From NCBI GenBank assembly GCA_009602735.1, contig WELA01001939.1:158862-222861 (forward strand): 64,000 bases of DNA, in the 5' to 3' direction. The notes beneath the pieces are model-generated. The model searched no databases, was not told where the DNA came from, and saw only the letters and a program-made list of their open reading frames with translations. Source of the DNA: Mesotaenium endlicherianum. Taxonomy: Eukaryota. Position numbers and translations under genes: made by a program. Positions 35,801 to 47,800 of this stretch are shown here, piece after piece (position 1 is the first letter of the stretch; every line of letters begins with the position of its first letter).

Positions 35801-38800
35801 CCTGACTCTTATTTTACTCCTATCTGACCTGGCTCAGTGTACCCCCTCTCAAAACTGCACCTGGCACGCCGCCAGCTTGGATCAAGCTCGCGGCGGCAAC
35901 TGCCAAAGCTCCCAAAGCAATCGGGCTTAAACCTAAGCCCGAGCCTGAGCCCAAACCTGATCCAGCCCAGGGCTTAGCTCGGCATGTTTCTTGGCCGATA
36001 TCATTATTTGCTGCGGCCTTGCCCCTCCCCCTTTTCCCCCCTCTCCCGCCGTTGCCAGCTGGACAATTTGACGGCGGTGTAAAAGCGTGCAAACGGGGCC
36101 GCTCGATTTGCAACGGGGTGGGAGCAGGGGCCCAAGTCGGACGAGGCCATTCGGGAGAAGGGGTTCAACTTCGATGACCGGCGGCTGATGCGCGGCGCCT
36201 GGCGCCAGGAGCCGACGGCCGACATCTGCAAGGTGCGTGTGCGCGTGTGCGGGTGCCTGCGTGAGCATGCATGTGCGCATGAGTCCGTGCGTGAGCGCGT
36301 CCTCTCCTCTCTGGTGCCGCAAGGCAAACGCGTCCCACAAGTGAGGTGCGATTGCGGTGCATGTGCCGACACACCGGCCAGGCGGCCTGCAGGTTCTGCG
36401 CTCCGCCTCCGCCACCTGCAGTGCAGCAGCAGCAGCAGGCAGAAAACGGCAAGCATAAGGGAGAAGGGTGTCTAGTACTCGAGCAGCAAGCAGTGTCAAA
36501 AAGATTAAGAAGGAGATTATAAAGCCCGCCTGGCTCCGCTGCCCTCTCTGGCCCACTGCCCCCGTGTGCACGTCTGGGGACTGAGCTCGTTCCCCCGTGT
36601 CTGGGGATGGGGTTTGGACGTGGGGTAAGAGGTTAGGGGTTGGGGGTTTTGCAGTTTGAGATTTAGGGGAAAGTATGTACGGTGCTTGGGGGCCTCAGTA
36701 TCGCACAGGCGTTGTGTTGGCTGTTGAGATTTTTGGGGCAGCTGAGGCATGGCCACCGGCATCCAGCTTGTGTGGGCTGGAGACCTTTTTCTTGGCATGC
36801 TCGTCATGGTGGGGTGTGGGGTCGTGTGCCGTGTCCACTTGGCATACTCTGGCAGCAGAGCCATTGCTGGCTCCCGCGTCGAGTGCGTTCCTTGGCTGCT
36901 GATGCCCACGCTGATGCCGATGCGGATGCCCATGCTGATCTTGATGATGGCGCCGATGCCGATGCTTCATTCGAATCTCTCCCGCTTCGTGTGTCTCCTT
37001 GTCGGTCCCTCGTGGCTCTCCTGCTTTCCTGCTGGCTTGCTCATCCGCTGGCCCGTTCGCCCAGCGTGTCCGCTTCCTTACTGTGGTATATCTTCTCTCG
37101 AGGCCTCCTTTGGGGACATGTGGCGGTCTCTCTTGACGCCCCAGCAGGAGCCCTTCCTGCTGCTGGCCCTCTGCCACACGGTGCTTCTTGAGGGCAGGTT
37201 CTTTCGGCGGATGCTCTGTCATCCACTTTTCTCCAGGGACTCCTTTGGGAGTTTGCGGTCTTTCAGATGCCACCAGTCACTCAAATAGTTTTTCTGCGTG
37301 CCGGGTGCCGGCTGTCCGCCGACAAGGGTGGTGCTTCCCAAGGGAGACCTTTTTCCTTTTCCCTCTCTATGGGTTCTCTTAGTCTCTCATCCGGATCGTC
37401 AGTTGCTGTCTTATCTATTTTTTTATTGTTTTTTTTGGCCCTTTTTCATTGCCAGGAGTTCTTCCGGCTGCTGGCAATCTGCCACACGGTGCTGCCGGAG
37501 GGCAACGAGAATCCGGACGAGATTGAATACCTGGCGGCCTCGCCGGACGAGGCGGCCATGGTTGCAGCTGCCAAGAACTTTGGCTTCTTCTTCTACAGGT
37601 ACTCTACTCCTGCAACGCCACCCCTTGCTCTCTCCTCTCCCTTCTCCCCCCCAGAAAACCCCCGCCAAGAAAAAGCGCTTCCCCCTGCACCCGCTACTAC
37701 TGTTGCCGCTCAGCTGCGGGTCACAGGCTGCTCAGCTGCTGCTCTGCTGCTGCTGCTGCTGCTCATGTTACGGTTGGTGCTCCTGATGCTGCCACTGCTG
37801 GCGCTCATGCTGCCGTCCCTGTTGCTGCTGCTGCTTTCCTTGCTCCTGCCACTGTAGTCATTCTTTCTTCTGCCCGCTGTTATCAGGGTGCCTTCTTTTC
37901 ATTTCCTATCTTTCTGAGCGGGCCAATTCTCTTTTTGCCCCTCTGGTTTGGTGTGCGGGTGGGGTGGGGGGGTTTTCCTGCGTGTGCGCTGGCTGTTTGT
38001 GATGGCGGCAACGGCGGCAATGGCGCAGGCGCACGCCCACGTCCATCGTGGTGCGCGAGTCGCACGTGGAGAAGCTGGGGCGCGTGGCGGACGTGGAGTA
38101 CGAGATCCTCAACGTGCTCGAGTTCAACAGCACGCGCAAGCGCCAGTCCGTCGTCTGCCGCTTCCCCGACGGCCGCATCGTGCTCTACTGCAAGGTGGGC
38201 TCGCCCTTCCCCTCCCTCCTGAGTCCTCACCTCCGCCCTCTTCCTCCCTCGCAACCCTCATCCCTCACCCCTTACCTCGCTCTTACTGCTGCCCTTACCC
38301 TCACTCTCCCCCCTCACCACCCCTCACCCTCACCCTCACCCTCACTTTCAATCTCAATTCCCCCCCTTCCTTCCAAAAATTCCGGCTCTTGCCCCTGCCC
38401 CTGCCCCATCCTCCGCTCCACACCCACAAGAACGCTCCAAGAACGCTTATCTGTTTCCCCAGGGGGATCGTCTGCCGCCTGCCCCAGCCCTATGTTTGTG
38501 TTGCGGCCCCTGCCTCTGTTCCTGTCTTTTTCCCCGCCCTCTGTGCTGCCTCCGGCCTGTGCAGGGGCTCCTGTGAAGTCTGTTGTGAGCTTTTGTCCCC
38601 TTTAGGTGTTCAGGGTACAGGGTGGAGCACGTGGGAGGGCGGGTCCTTTGCCTTTCCGTTGGACACTAAATAGGAGAAAAAAGTGATGGTCAAGTATGCT
38701 GCTGCTTTTACAGCCGAGGTTAGGAAAGAGGAATTCTACAGCTGCATCAGGAGGGAAGAGCGCTGCTTTCGTCGCCCTAAGCGCCAGCGGCCAATCTATA

Positions 38801-41800
38801 ATAACCTGATTCACGTGCCCCCCCCCCNNNNNNNNNNNNNNNNNNNNNNNNNNNNNNNNNNNNNNNNNNNNNNNNNNNNNNNNNNNNNNNNNNNNNNNNN
38901 NNNNNNNNNNNNNNNNNNNNNNNNNNNNNNNNNNNNNNNNNNNNNNNNNNNNNNNNNNNNNNNNNNNNNNNNNNNNNNNNNNNNNNNNNNNNNNNNNNNN
39001 NNNNNNNNNNNNNNNNNNNNNNNNNNNNNNNNNNNNNNNNNNNNNNNNNNNNNNNNNNNNNNNNNNNNNNNNNNNNNNNNNNNNNNNNNNNNNNNNNNNN
39101 NNNNNNNNNNNNNNNNNNNNNNNNNNNNNNNNNNNNNNNNNNNNNNNNNNNNNNNNNNNNNNNNNNNNNNNNNNNNNNNNNNNNNNNNNNNNNNNNNNNN
39201 NNNNNNNNNNNNNNNNNNNNNNNNNNNNNNNNNNNNNNNNNNNNNNNNNNNNNNNNNNNNNNNNNNNNNNNNNNNNNNNNNNNNNNNNNNNNNNNNNNNN
39301 NNNNNNNNNNNNNNNNNNNNNNNNNNNNNNNNNNNNNNNNNNNNNNNNNNNNNNNNNNNNNNNNNNNNNNNNNNNNNNNNNNNNNNNNNNNNNNNNNNNN
39401 NNNNNNNNNNNNNNNNNNNNNNNNNNNNNNNNNNNNNNNNNNNNNNNNNNNNNNNNNNNNNNNNNNNNNNNNNNNNNNNNNNNNNNNNNNNNNNNNNNNN
39501 NNNNNNNNNNNNNNNNNNNNNNNNNNNNNNNNNNNNNNNNNNNNNNNNNNNNNNNNNNNNNNNNNNNNNNNNNNNNNNNNNNNNNNNNNNNNNNNNNNNN
39601 NNNNNNNNNNNNNNNNNNNNNNNNNNNNNNNNNNNNCCCCGCTCCCCAGCGCTCTCCACCCCCTTCCCTCCTCTCTGTTGTTTCTCAATATTTAGTCTTT
39701 GGCTTTTCACTGTCGGGCCTTTGTCCAGTAATTGATATGATGTGCCTGCCTATGAACGTGCCTGGTGGCAGTCTGGCGTACGCCTCCCATGTGCTTGCCC
39801 GCCCGCCTGGTGAGCTTGGGTGGGCCGCCTCGTCTCATGCATGGGGCGAATGGATGGACGGACTGTGGGCGTGACAGGTGGCGGAGCTGATAGAGAAGAA
39901 TCTCATCCTGCTGGGCTGCACCGCTATCGAGGACAAGCTCCAGGAGGGCGTGCCCGCCTGCATCCGCTCCCTCAAGCGGGCAGGCATCAAGATTTGGGTG
40001 CTGACCGGGGACAAGATGGAGACAGCCATCAACATTGCCTATGGTGCGTGCGCCCCCCCCCCNNNNNNNNNNNNNNNNNNNNNNNNNNNNNNNNNNNNNN
40101 NNNNNNNNNNNNCCCCCCCCTCTTCCCTGCCCAATCGGGCACTTTGTGTGCCATTGCAGCCCTTCTGCCCACTTGGAGAACAGATAGCTCTCCTGCCGCT
40201 CGCTTGGAGTGCACGCAATTGTGCCACCCTGGAGTTGCGCTCTTTGGCGCCGTAGAGTGATTTTACTACTGTGGCATTGTAATGGACGCCTGCGGCCAGC
40301 GTGCTTGTCCCTCTGCCTCGCTCCCTTGCTGTGTGTGCGTGTGCGTGTGCGTGTGCGCGTCCTCGTGGCCTGTGTGGGCGAAGAGTGTATGTTCCTGCAT
40401 CCCTGCCTGTGTGCGACCAGTGCGTGCTCGCTTGCCGGCAAGCATGCTCGTGTGTGCGCTGAGTGCAACGTCAATGGCAGCAGCCCCCTCGTACCACACG
40501 TTTATTTGTGTCTGCGTGCGTATGAGCGCGCGTGTGTGTGTGTGCTTGTGCGCGCAGCTTGCAGCCTGCTGTCGAATGACATGAAGCAGTTCATCATCAG
40601 CTCAGAGACCGAAGTCATCCGTGCCATCGAAGAGCAGGTCTTTTTCTCCCCTTCTTCCATGTCTCCCCTCTTCTGCGGTGGCCCCCCCTTTCCTGCATCC
40701 CTCCTTCTTCCTTCCCTTCTTGCAACCATCAACGCTGCTGTCTTAAGAATGGTAACGACGCTATGGTCGACACACACACATGCGACGATGCCCCTTGTTG
40801 AGACACAGATGGTTCTCCCCGGAAAAGAATCCCAGAAGAAATTTAAAAACAAATAATAAAAAATAACCTTATTTCGGGCCGTGCTCTGCATAAATTGGGC
40901 ACGTCAAACAAAAAGTTTCCCCGTTGGGCTGCGGCCTCTTCTTGCCCATCAAGCAGATGTCTCCACGCAGTTCTGTCGGCTGCCAGGTGTAGGGGCCACA
41001 AACACATTGTGAGCCTTTCTCAGCTCCTCTGTGCTAGAGAGACCTTGTCCTTGGCCGTCCCACGTACCAGGGGTCTGCAACGGGCAGCCGTGGTGGTTGG
41101 CCCAGCACCTTCACATGGTACTGGATGCTGAAGGTGTGAGCAACTTTGGAGGTTTTTGATAGTGCTCATTGAGAAATCTGCTCGGGCTCAGTACGCATAT
41201 ACTTTGAGCTGCCTCATGCTTGCTGCGCAAGAGACCAAGTGCATGGCGTGAGAGCCGCATGCATAAAAGTTGCATGGCAAAAGCCGCCTTGCAAAGGCGC
41301 GCGCGCCTGCCAAGGCACGCGCACGTCTCGCACAGACGCACGCATGCATGCATGCGCGCGCGCACCCTTACACGCATGCGGCGTTGCGCGCCCGGTGTGT
41401 GGACAGGGCGACCCGGTGGAGACGGCGCGCGCGATCCGCGAGTCCGTGTTCCAGCAGCTGCGCGAGTCGCTGCGCGACGCGCTCGTCATCGACCGCGAGG
41501 GCTTCCCCTTTGCGCTCGTGATTGACGGGCGCTGCCTCATGTACGCGCTGGACCCGCTCATGCGCGCCACGCTGCTGCAGCTGGGCATGATGAGCAAGGC
41601 CGTCGTGTGCTGCCGCGTCTCGCCCCTCCAGAAGGCGCAGGTACCCCTTCCCTCTCTCTCTCTCCCCCCCCCCCCCCCCNNNNNNNNNNNNNNNNNNNNN
41701 NNNNNNNNNNNNNNNNNCCCCCCCCCCACGGACCCTCGCGTACCCTGCCCCCTTTTCTCCCCCCTTCTCTGATGAGGTCCTGGACCCCAAAGGCTACTTC

Positions 41801-44800
41801 CCAAACTTTGGAACTAGAGCTTTGAAGGTAAAACCCCAGACCTGAAACCCCGCACGTGCGTGCGTGCATCTGGTACTGCCGTGCACGTGCCGCACTCCTT
41901 CCATGCGTGCCCTCTACATGCCAGAGTGACCCTCTTTTCGCAGATTGTGCTGCACTGGCCGGCTTTCTTTTGTGCTGTCTGAAATCAAACTGGCGAGCGA
42001 CACCCGCCAACACCTACCTGCCTGCCAGGGCGCCCGACAAGGCCGAAGCCCCTCATCTCCCCCAGAGCCCTCTGCTCGCACCCTCATTCTCACACAAACT
42101 CGGCTTTCCGCGCGCGTGCGCACACGCTTTCCTGACCCGGCCATGCCCCACGCACGCTCACACGCACACTCCCTCCCGTGGGCCCGCTTATACTCTTCTC
42201 TCAACGAGACACTCCCCCCNNNNNNNNNNNNNNNNNNNNNNNNNNNNNNNNNNNNNNNNNNNNNNNNNNNNNNNNNNNNNNNNNNNNNNNNNNNNNNNNN
42301 NNNNNNNNNNNNNNNNNNNNNNNNNNNNNNNNNNNNNNNNNNNNNNNNNNNNNNNNNNNNNNNNNNNNNNNNNNNNNNNNNNNNNNNNNNNNNNNNNNNN
42401 NNNNNNNNNNNNNNNNNNNNNNNNNNNNNNNNNNNNNNNNNNNNNNNNNNNNNNNNNNNNNNNNNNNNNNNNNNNNNNNNNNNNNNNNNNNNNNNNNNNN
42501 NNNNNNNNNNNNNNNNNNNNNNNNNNNNNNNNNNNNNNNNNNNNNNNNNNNNNNNNNNNNNNNNNNNNNNNNNNNNNNNNNNNNNNNNNNNNNNNNNNNN
42601 NNNNNNNNNNNNNNNNNNNNNNNNNNNNNNNNNNNNNNNNNNNNNNNNNNNNNNNNNNNNNNNNNNNNNNNNNNNNNNNNNNNNNNNNNNNNNNNNNNNN
42701 NNNNNNNNNNNNNNNNNNNNNNNNNNNNNNNNNNNNNNNNNNNNNNNNNNNNNNNNNNNNNNNNNNNNNNNNNNNNNNNNNNNNNNNNNNNNNNNNNNNN
42801 NNNNNNNNNNNNNNNNNNNNNNNNNNNNNNNNNNNNNNNNNNNNNNNNNNNNNNNNNNNNNNNNNNNNNNNNNNNNNNNNNNNNNNNNNNNNNNNNNNNN
42901 NNNNNNNNNNNNNNNNNNNNNNNNNNNNNNNNNNNNNNNNNNNNNNNNNNNNNNNNNNNNNNNNNNNNNNNNNNNNNNNNNNNNNNNNNNNNNNNNNNNN
43001 NNNNNNNNNNNNNNNNNNNNNNNNNNNNNNNNNNNNNNNCCCTCCCAACCCCCCCTCTGCCCCCGTGCGCCCCATGATCCGCCCCTGCCGCGTGCGCGCA
43101 GGTGACGACGCTGATGCGAGAGGGCGCCAACAAGATTACGCTGAGCATCGGCGACGGCGCCAACGACGTGAGCATGATCCAGGCCGCGCACGTGGGCGTG
43201 GGCGTGAGCGGCGCCGAGGGCATGCAGGCCGTCATGGCCGCCGACTTTGCTATCGCGCAGTTCCGCTTCCTCACAGACCTGCTGCTCGTGCACGGCCGCT
43301 GGTCCTACATCCGCCTCTCCAAGGTCAATAGTGCTGCAGCCGCTGCCTATCTTCTTCCCCCCCCCCCCCCCCCCCCCCGGNNNCCCCCCCCCCCCCCTGC
43401 GGGGGGCCTCCTCTGGAGCCGGAAAAATCTAAATCTCTCGCTTGTGTCCCTTTCCCCCTCGCCTCCACGGCCGCTAGTCCTACATCCACCTCTCCAAGGT
43501 TTTCAAGCGCAAACACCCTCCCATTCTCCCCCTTGTGCCCGCATGTTTCCTCCGCGTGTCTCTCACCCTTCTTTGCCTCAATTCTAGAGCGCCTCCCCCT
43601 CGTGCCTCCTCTGGGAGTCTCCCCCTTCCTTTGGCTCAACTTTAAACCCCCTCCCCCATGTGCCTAGCTCTGCCTCTCCAAGGCAAGTAGTGCTGCAGCC
43701 CCCCCCCCCTCCAGCACTACTCGTCAGCCCTTCTGCTCCTTCTGCCCTTTTGCCCCTCTCCTCTCAGGCCTACACTGGGTCCCCCTCGTGCCCCCAATTG
43801 TGCATCTCCCTCTTTTCTCCCCTCTTCCTTACCCCTTCCCTCCTAGGATTTCCATTCTGCAACCTGGCCCCCTGCTCCATAAGCTGCGGGGCAATCTCGA
43901 GGTAGCCAAGACGTGGAGCAAAGTAGCAACTCTGCTTCTGTGCACCGTTCTCCTGCGCCACCTCTCCTCTCGCTTCGTTACGAAGCACCCTTTGCACGAC
44001 CGCATGATGGCAGTGGCGGATGGACTAAGGACCGGGCATGACTGCATGTACTCTGTCTTTGTCTCTGTCTGCTTGCCTCTTTTTGTCTCTCTGTATTCTC
44101 TGCCCGTCTGCCATCCTGCCTGTCTCTCTGGCTATCACTCTATCTGCCAGTTTGTCGGTCTCTGTGAAGATGACCGGCGGTCTGTCTGGGGGAGAAGCTG
44201 ACGTGCCTGAGAGCGTGGGTGTGGGTGCGCGTGCTCGTGCGCGTGTGCGTCGGGACGGGGCTCGGCGACATCCTCGCACGGCGTCGAAATTTTTTCGGGG
44301 GGGGGGGGGGGGGNNNNNNNNNNNNNNNNNNNNNNNNNNNNNNNNNNNNNNNNNNNNNNNNNNNNNNNNNNNNNNNNNNNNNNNNNNNNNNNNNNNNNNN
44401 NNNNNNNNNNNNNNNNNNNNNNNNNNNNNNNNNNNNNNNNNNNNNNNNNNNNNNNNNNNNNNNNNNNNNNNNNNNNNNNNNNNNNNNNNNNNNNNNNNNN
44501 NNNNNNNNNNNNNNNNNNNNNNNNNNNNNNNNNNNNNNNNNNNNNNNNNNNNNNNNNNNNNNNNNNNNNNNNNNNNNNNNNNNNNNNNNNNNNNNNNNNN
44601 NNNNNNNNNNNNNNNNNNNNNNNNNNNNNNNNNNNNNNNNNNNNNNNNNNNNNNNNNNNNNNNNNNNNNNNNNNNNNNNNNNNNNNNNNNNNNNNNNNNN
44701 NNNNNNNNNNNNNNNNNNNNNNNNNNNNNNNNNNGGGGTTGAGGGGGGGGTGGGGGGGGGTGTGCAGGTGGTGGCTTACTTCTTCTACAAGAACCTGGCG

Positions 44801-47800
44801 TTCACACTGACGCTGTTTTGGTTCAACAGCTACGCGGGCTTCTCGGGGCAGCGCTACTACGACGACTGGTTCCAGAGCCTCTACAACGTCTTCTTCACCT
44901 GCCTGCCCGTCATCGTCGTCGGCATCTTCGACAAGGTGGGCCGCCCGCCCTCGCCCTGCGCTGTTCTCGCTCTCTTGCGCTCTCACTCTCTCTTTCTTTC
45001 TCTACATGCCTGTAAGCGTGCGTGTGTGTGTGTGCGTGTGCGTGTGTGTGTGTGTACGTGTGCGTGCGTGGGCGCGCGTGTTTGCGTATGCGTGTGTGTA
45101 AGTACGTGTGGGTGGGTGGTTGGGTGAGTGGGTGTCTGTGGCTGTGTGAGCACCTGTGCCTGTGTGCTTGCCTGTTTAACTGAATGTGAGCATGCATGCC
45201 TCTGCACACAAAGTGCACCTGACATCATGCATGACTGTACTTTCTCTCTCTCTTTCTCTTCCCCGGTTCTCTTTTCTCTGTTTGCCTCCTCACATGCCCG
45301 TGACTGATGGCTGCCTGGAGTGCAACCGCAAGTAATATTTTCACTCCCCAATGGAGAATGGTAATTTGCGATAGAACCAACATCAAGGTCCAACTGGAAG
45401 TTTCTCCTTCTCCTCCTTCTCCTCCTTCTCCTGTCCACTCCCCTTTCCTACTCCTATCCCTGGTCCCCCTCTCCTGCCGTCTCACCTATCTCATATGCTC
45501 TCCTCTCCATCCTCTTTTCTCCTCTCCTCTTTGCTCCGCTCCCCCTTTGCCTCTCCCTTCTTTCCTTCCACAACCCCTCTTGTCCCTCCCCCCTCTCTCC
45601 CGTCTCCCCTCTCTCCCCCCCCCTTCTTCCCTTTCTCATGCCTCTTTCTCCATCCCCCCCCCCTTTCTCCTCTTGTCCCCTTCCTTCCCTCTCCCCTCCC
45701 CTTTCTTCTTCCCTTCTTCTCCCTTCTTCTCCCTTTCCCCTCTCCCCTTTCCTCTCCCCTCTCCCCTCTCCCCTCTCCCCTTTCCTCACGCTGCAGGACA
45801 TTGACGCGAAGCGGTCCAAGGAGTTTCCGGAGCTGTACCGGGCAGGCATTGAGAACCGCTACTTCAGCTGGTCCGTGCTGTCCACCTGGCTCTTCTTCGC
45901 CGTCTACCACTCCGTCGTCATGTTCGCCTTCCCCTCCTCCGCCAGCATCGTGCCCATCACCAGCAATGGCCGCGTGCTGGGCGTCTGGGACGTCGGTATG
46001 CCCCCTCCCTCGCTCCTCCATATGCCTCTGGTGTGTTCCTCTGCTTCTGGCTCTGGGTCTGGCTTTGCCTCTCCGCCTGTCTCTGCTTCTGTTTCTCGCC
46101 CCACTGTTGGCCTCCGGCCCTGGCTCTGCCTCTGTCTGTGCTAAGAGGGGGAAGTTGATTGCTCGCTCTCTTGCACGCACACACGTGCACGAGCGCGTAG
46201 CTCAAACCAGCGCAGACGCAAATGCATGCACCCTCACACTCAGGGAGGGGCGCACGTCTTTGCCGCCGCAACTGCTGCCTATTCTGCCGCCGCTGCTGCT
46301 GCCTATTCTGCCGCCGCTGCTGCCATCAATACTGCTGCTGCCGTCGCTGCTGCTGTTACCGATGCCGCTGCTAATGATCATGAGAGAATGTGCCCTTCTT
46401 GGGGGGGGGGGNNNNNNNNNNNNNNNNNNNNNNNNNNNNNNNNNNNNNNNNNNNNNNNNNNNNNNNNNNNNNNNNNNNNNNNNNNNNNNNNNNNNNNNNN
46501 NNNNNNNNNNNNNNNNNNNNNNNNNNNNNNNNNNNNNNNNNNNNNNNNNNNNNNNNNNNNNNNNNNNNNNNNNNNNNNNNNNNNNNNNNNNNNNNNNNNN
46601 NNNNNNNNNNNNNNNNNNNNNNNNNNNNNNNNNNNNNNNNNNNNNNNNNNNNNNNNNNNNNNNNNNNNNNNNNNNNNNNNNNNNNNNNNNNNNNNNNNNN
46701 NNNNNNNNNNNNNNNNNNNNNNNNNNNNNNNNNNNNNNNNNNNNNNNNNNNNNNNNNNNNNNNNNNNNNNNNNNNNNNNNNNNNNNNNNNNNNNNNNNNN
46801 NNNNNNNNNNNNNNNNNNNNNNNNNNNNNNNNNNNNNNNNNNNNNNNNNNNNNNNNNNNNNNNNNNNNNNNNNNNNNNNNNNNNNNNNNNNNNNNNNNNN
46901 NNNNNNNNNNNNNNNNNNNNNNNNNNNNNNNNNNNNNNNNNNNNNNNNNNNNNNNNNNNNNNNNNNNNNNNNNNNNNNNNNNNNNNNNNNNNNNNNNNNN
47001 NNNNNNNNNNNNNNNNNNNNNNNNNNNNNNNNNNNNNNNNNNNNNNNNNNNNNNNNNNNNNNNNNNNNNNNNNNNNNNNNNNNNNNNNNNNNNNNNNNNN
47101 NNNNNNNNNNNNNNNNNNNNNNNNNNNNNNNNNNNNNNNNNNNNNNNNNNNNNNNNNNNNNNNNNNNNNNNNNNNNNNNNNNNNNNNNNNNNNNNNNNNN
47201 NNNNNNNNNNNNNNNNNNNNNNNNNNNNNNNNNNNNNNNNNNNNNNNNNNNNNNNNNNNNNNNNNNNNNNNNNNNNNNNNNNNNNNNNNNNNNNNNNNNN
47301 NNNNNNNNNNNNNNNNNNNNNNNNNNNNNNNNNNNNNNNNNNNNNCCCCCTCGTCTTCCCCTTTTCCACCAGTGCTTGCTGCCATCGACCTCCTTGCCGT
47401 GCGTGTGCTTTACTACACACTTTCCGGCCCCGCCCCCGCTTGTCCTCTGCAGCTCCTGCAGCTCCTGCAGCCGTGGCTAAGTTGTCTCCTTTTGCCGCCT
47501 CTCCAATTGGACACCTCTGCAGCCCTGCGGAGAATCGCGGGCGCAGATCTAGGATGCCGGTGCAGTTGCGGAGGGCCTGCAGGCATTGGTCTCGAGCTGC
47601 GCTGCGAGTGACACTGCACTTGTAGTACAGATCAAGAGGAAGGAGCCTTTTTACACCTCACGTGGCTCAAACCTTCTCCCACCGCCTCCCCCCCTTCCCT
47701 GGGGGGGCCCCTCCGAAGAATGCTTGCCCGCATAGCTGCCCTTAAAGGGAGAGAGGGGGCCAAAAGCTCGCGGGCCTGCCTGTCTGCCCTGCCTGCCCTG

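Noticed and set aside
38683..47625. Long ORFs of 300-660 aa in the ORF track
   Set aside because: They are artefacts of N runs and low-complexity tracts read without stops. Only the embedded ALA3 exons are real.
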